Assembly (NCBI GenBank): GCA_002189035.1
Contig: NEEC01000009.1
Location: 3,100,001 to 3,164,000, forward strand
From: Utricularia gibba
Lineage: Eukaryota; Plantae; Magnoliophyta
DNA: 64,000 nt
Direction: 5' to 3'
Under the pieces are notes generated by a model. It had not been told where the DNA came from. It worked only from the letters and a program-made list of their open reading frames with translations, and made no database searches. Of the stretch, positions 63,001-64,000 are shown in pieces. Every line of letters begins with the position of its first letter. The first letter of the stretch is position 1. The position numbers and the translations under genes are program-made.

Positions 63001-63295
63001 AACAAATGCATGTTGCAAGTATTTCCCTCGTACCAAACGGATGAAATCCCACCTGGGGTTTTCCCATGTCATCATCCGAGAGACCTACGCCGTATAGAAC
63101 CGCCTGAGAAGCTCCTTGCGACTTGGGCTCCGTGATTCTCGAACTGTATTTGTTGAGTTTTACAGCGGCAGGCAGTGGCTGCGGCGGCGCAGGGGCTTCT
63201 GTGGAGACGGAGGCGCGGACGAATGAACGTGAAGGCGCATTTGATGACCCAGAGAAAGTAGGTGCCGGAGGCGAAAGAAAAGCGGCGGCCTGCAT
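60012..63295 (-). CDS. DHAD: Plastid dihydroxy-acid dehydratase (IlvD; branched-chain amino acid synthesis), 14 exons, one 1-nt frameshift in exon 1
   Basis: Exons 63295-62787, 62610-62539, 62259-62212, 62123-61969, 61857-61663, 61592-61481, 61401-61332, 61247-61189, 61092-60969, 60887-60817, 60676-60575, 60488-60408, 60294-60136 and 60062-60012. Motifs [46 protein letters not shown], end GCVTDE*. Confidence 0.95.
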
Positions 63296-63656
63296 CGTGA
63301 TTGCGGAGTTCGTCTCGTAGGTTTCGGGTGGTGTGGTGACACGGAGCCGCACGGCGCAGTGAAACTGGATGAGGGAGAACGATAAATGAGCGGAGATGTG
63401 CTTGCCTACTATCGCGTCCACCGCTACTATGGTGCAACTTATTGTACCCTATTTCACGCTCTTTCGTACCATCATTTTGTAAATGACATCATTGCCCTCT
63501 GCTGGTATTTTCTTTTTCGCGGTGCCTTCCTTTCGGGGAAAAATTTCCATCAGCGGCGAATACCGACTTCCGGCGATATTCTTGCGTGCACAACCGTTGT
63601 CTGAGTTTCCGATTCCTTAATTTCTAGCGGGAGACTTCAGTGGCCGGAGAAAAGAG
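63296..63656. promoter_or_regulatory. Short bidirectional promoter between DHAD and SPCS3
   Basis: Only 361 bp separate the two divergent ATGs. Confidence 0.7.
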
Positions 63657-64000
63657 ATGCATTCCTTTGCTTACAGAGCCAACGCTCTGCTCACTTTCTC
63701 CCTCACTGTTCTCGCGCTAATGTGCGCAATGGCATCCCTCTCAGATAACTTCAATTCGCCGTCTCCTACTTCACATGTCCAGGTAAAGTTTTTTATTTCC
63801 GATCTTGATTATTTTCCTCTTTAATAGCCCTAATCTGGCTAATCGTTCGCGGGGTTTAGGTGCTGAATATCAATTGGTTCCAGAAAAAACCGGATGGTGA
63901 TGATGAGGTAACTCATCCTATAAATTTCTTGGTTTTCATGATTGTTGTGAGATTGTTCTTCATTTTTTTCAAGCTGTGAGCCATAGATGCGTACGTAGAT
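63657..64000 (+). CDS. SPCS3: Signal peptidase complex subunit 3 (SPC22/23), 5' partial
   Basis: Exons 63657-63782 ([42 protein letters not shown]) and 63860-63907 ([16 protein letters not shown]); continues beyond the window. Confidence 0.9.

Noticed and set aside
3090-63054. Programmed ribosomal frameshifting or RNA editing as a shared mechanism for the seven frame breaks
   Set aside because: No common slippery heptamer or downstream structure, unrelated genes, both strands affected, and the pattern matches sequencing error. Kept only as an alternative to test.
1-64000. CRISPR arrays, rRNA, tRNA, operons or other prokaryotic systems
   Set aside because: The DNA is spliced plant nuclear sequence. 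I saw no spaced direct-repeat array, T-loop/B-box cloverleaf or rRNA similarity.

Overview
This is plant nuclear DNA, not prokaryotic: GT-AG spliced genes with mostly 65-130 nt introns, from a very gene-dense eudicot genome. The species cannot be determined from sequence alone. I reconstructed 17 recognisable protein-coding genes, in order: PRE-type HLH, ABCB19, DEG8, a DUF1666 protein, MIF, chloroplast RRF, ZF-HD, GASA, SMC4, AAR3/DCN1-like, subgroup-21 R2R3-MYB, a multi-KH protein, LEA14, FLIP/C1orf112-like, pectate lyase, DHAD and a partial SPCS3. There is also one unidentified multi-exon gene at about 48.4-49.4 kb that the ORF track does not reveal. Seven of the 17 genes have one exon exactly 1 nt short (net -1), mostly at G/C homopolymers and including essential DHAD; this most likely reflects long-read consensus error rather than biology. 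Other highlights are a TSD-flanked 573-bp solo LTR upstream of the KH gene, a MIF with His->Gln at a zinc-finger position lying 5 kb from a ZF-HD gene, an intronless LEA14 with a C-terminal extension, and a sharp GC jump in the last ABCB19 exon. No rRNA, tRNA or CRISPR was seen.
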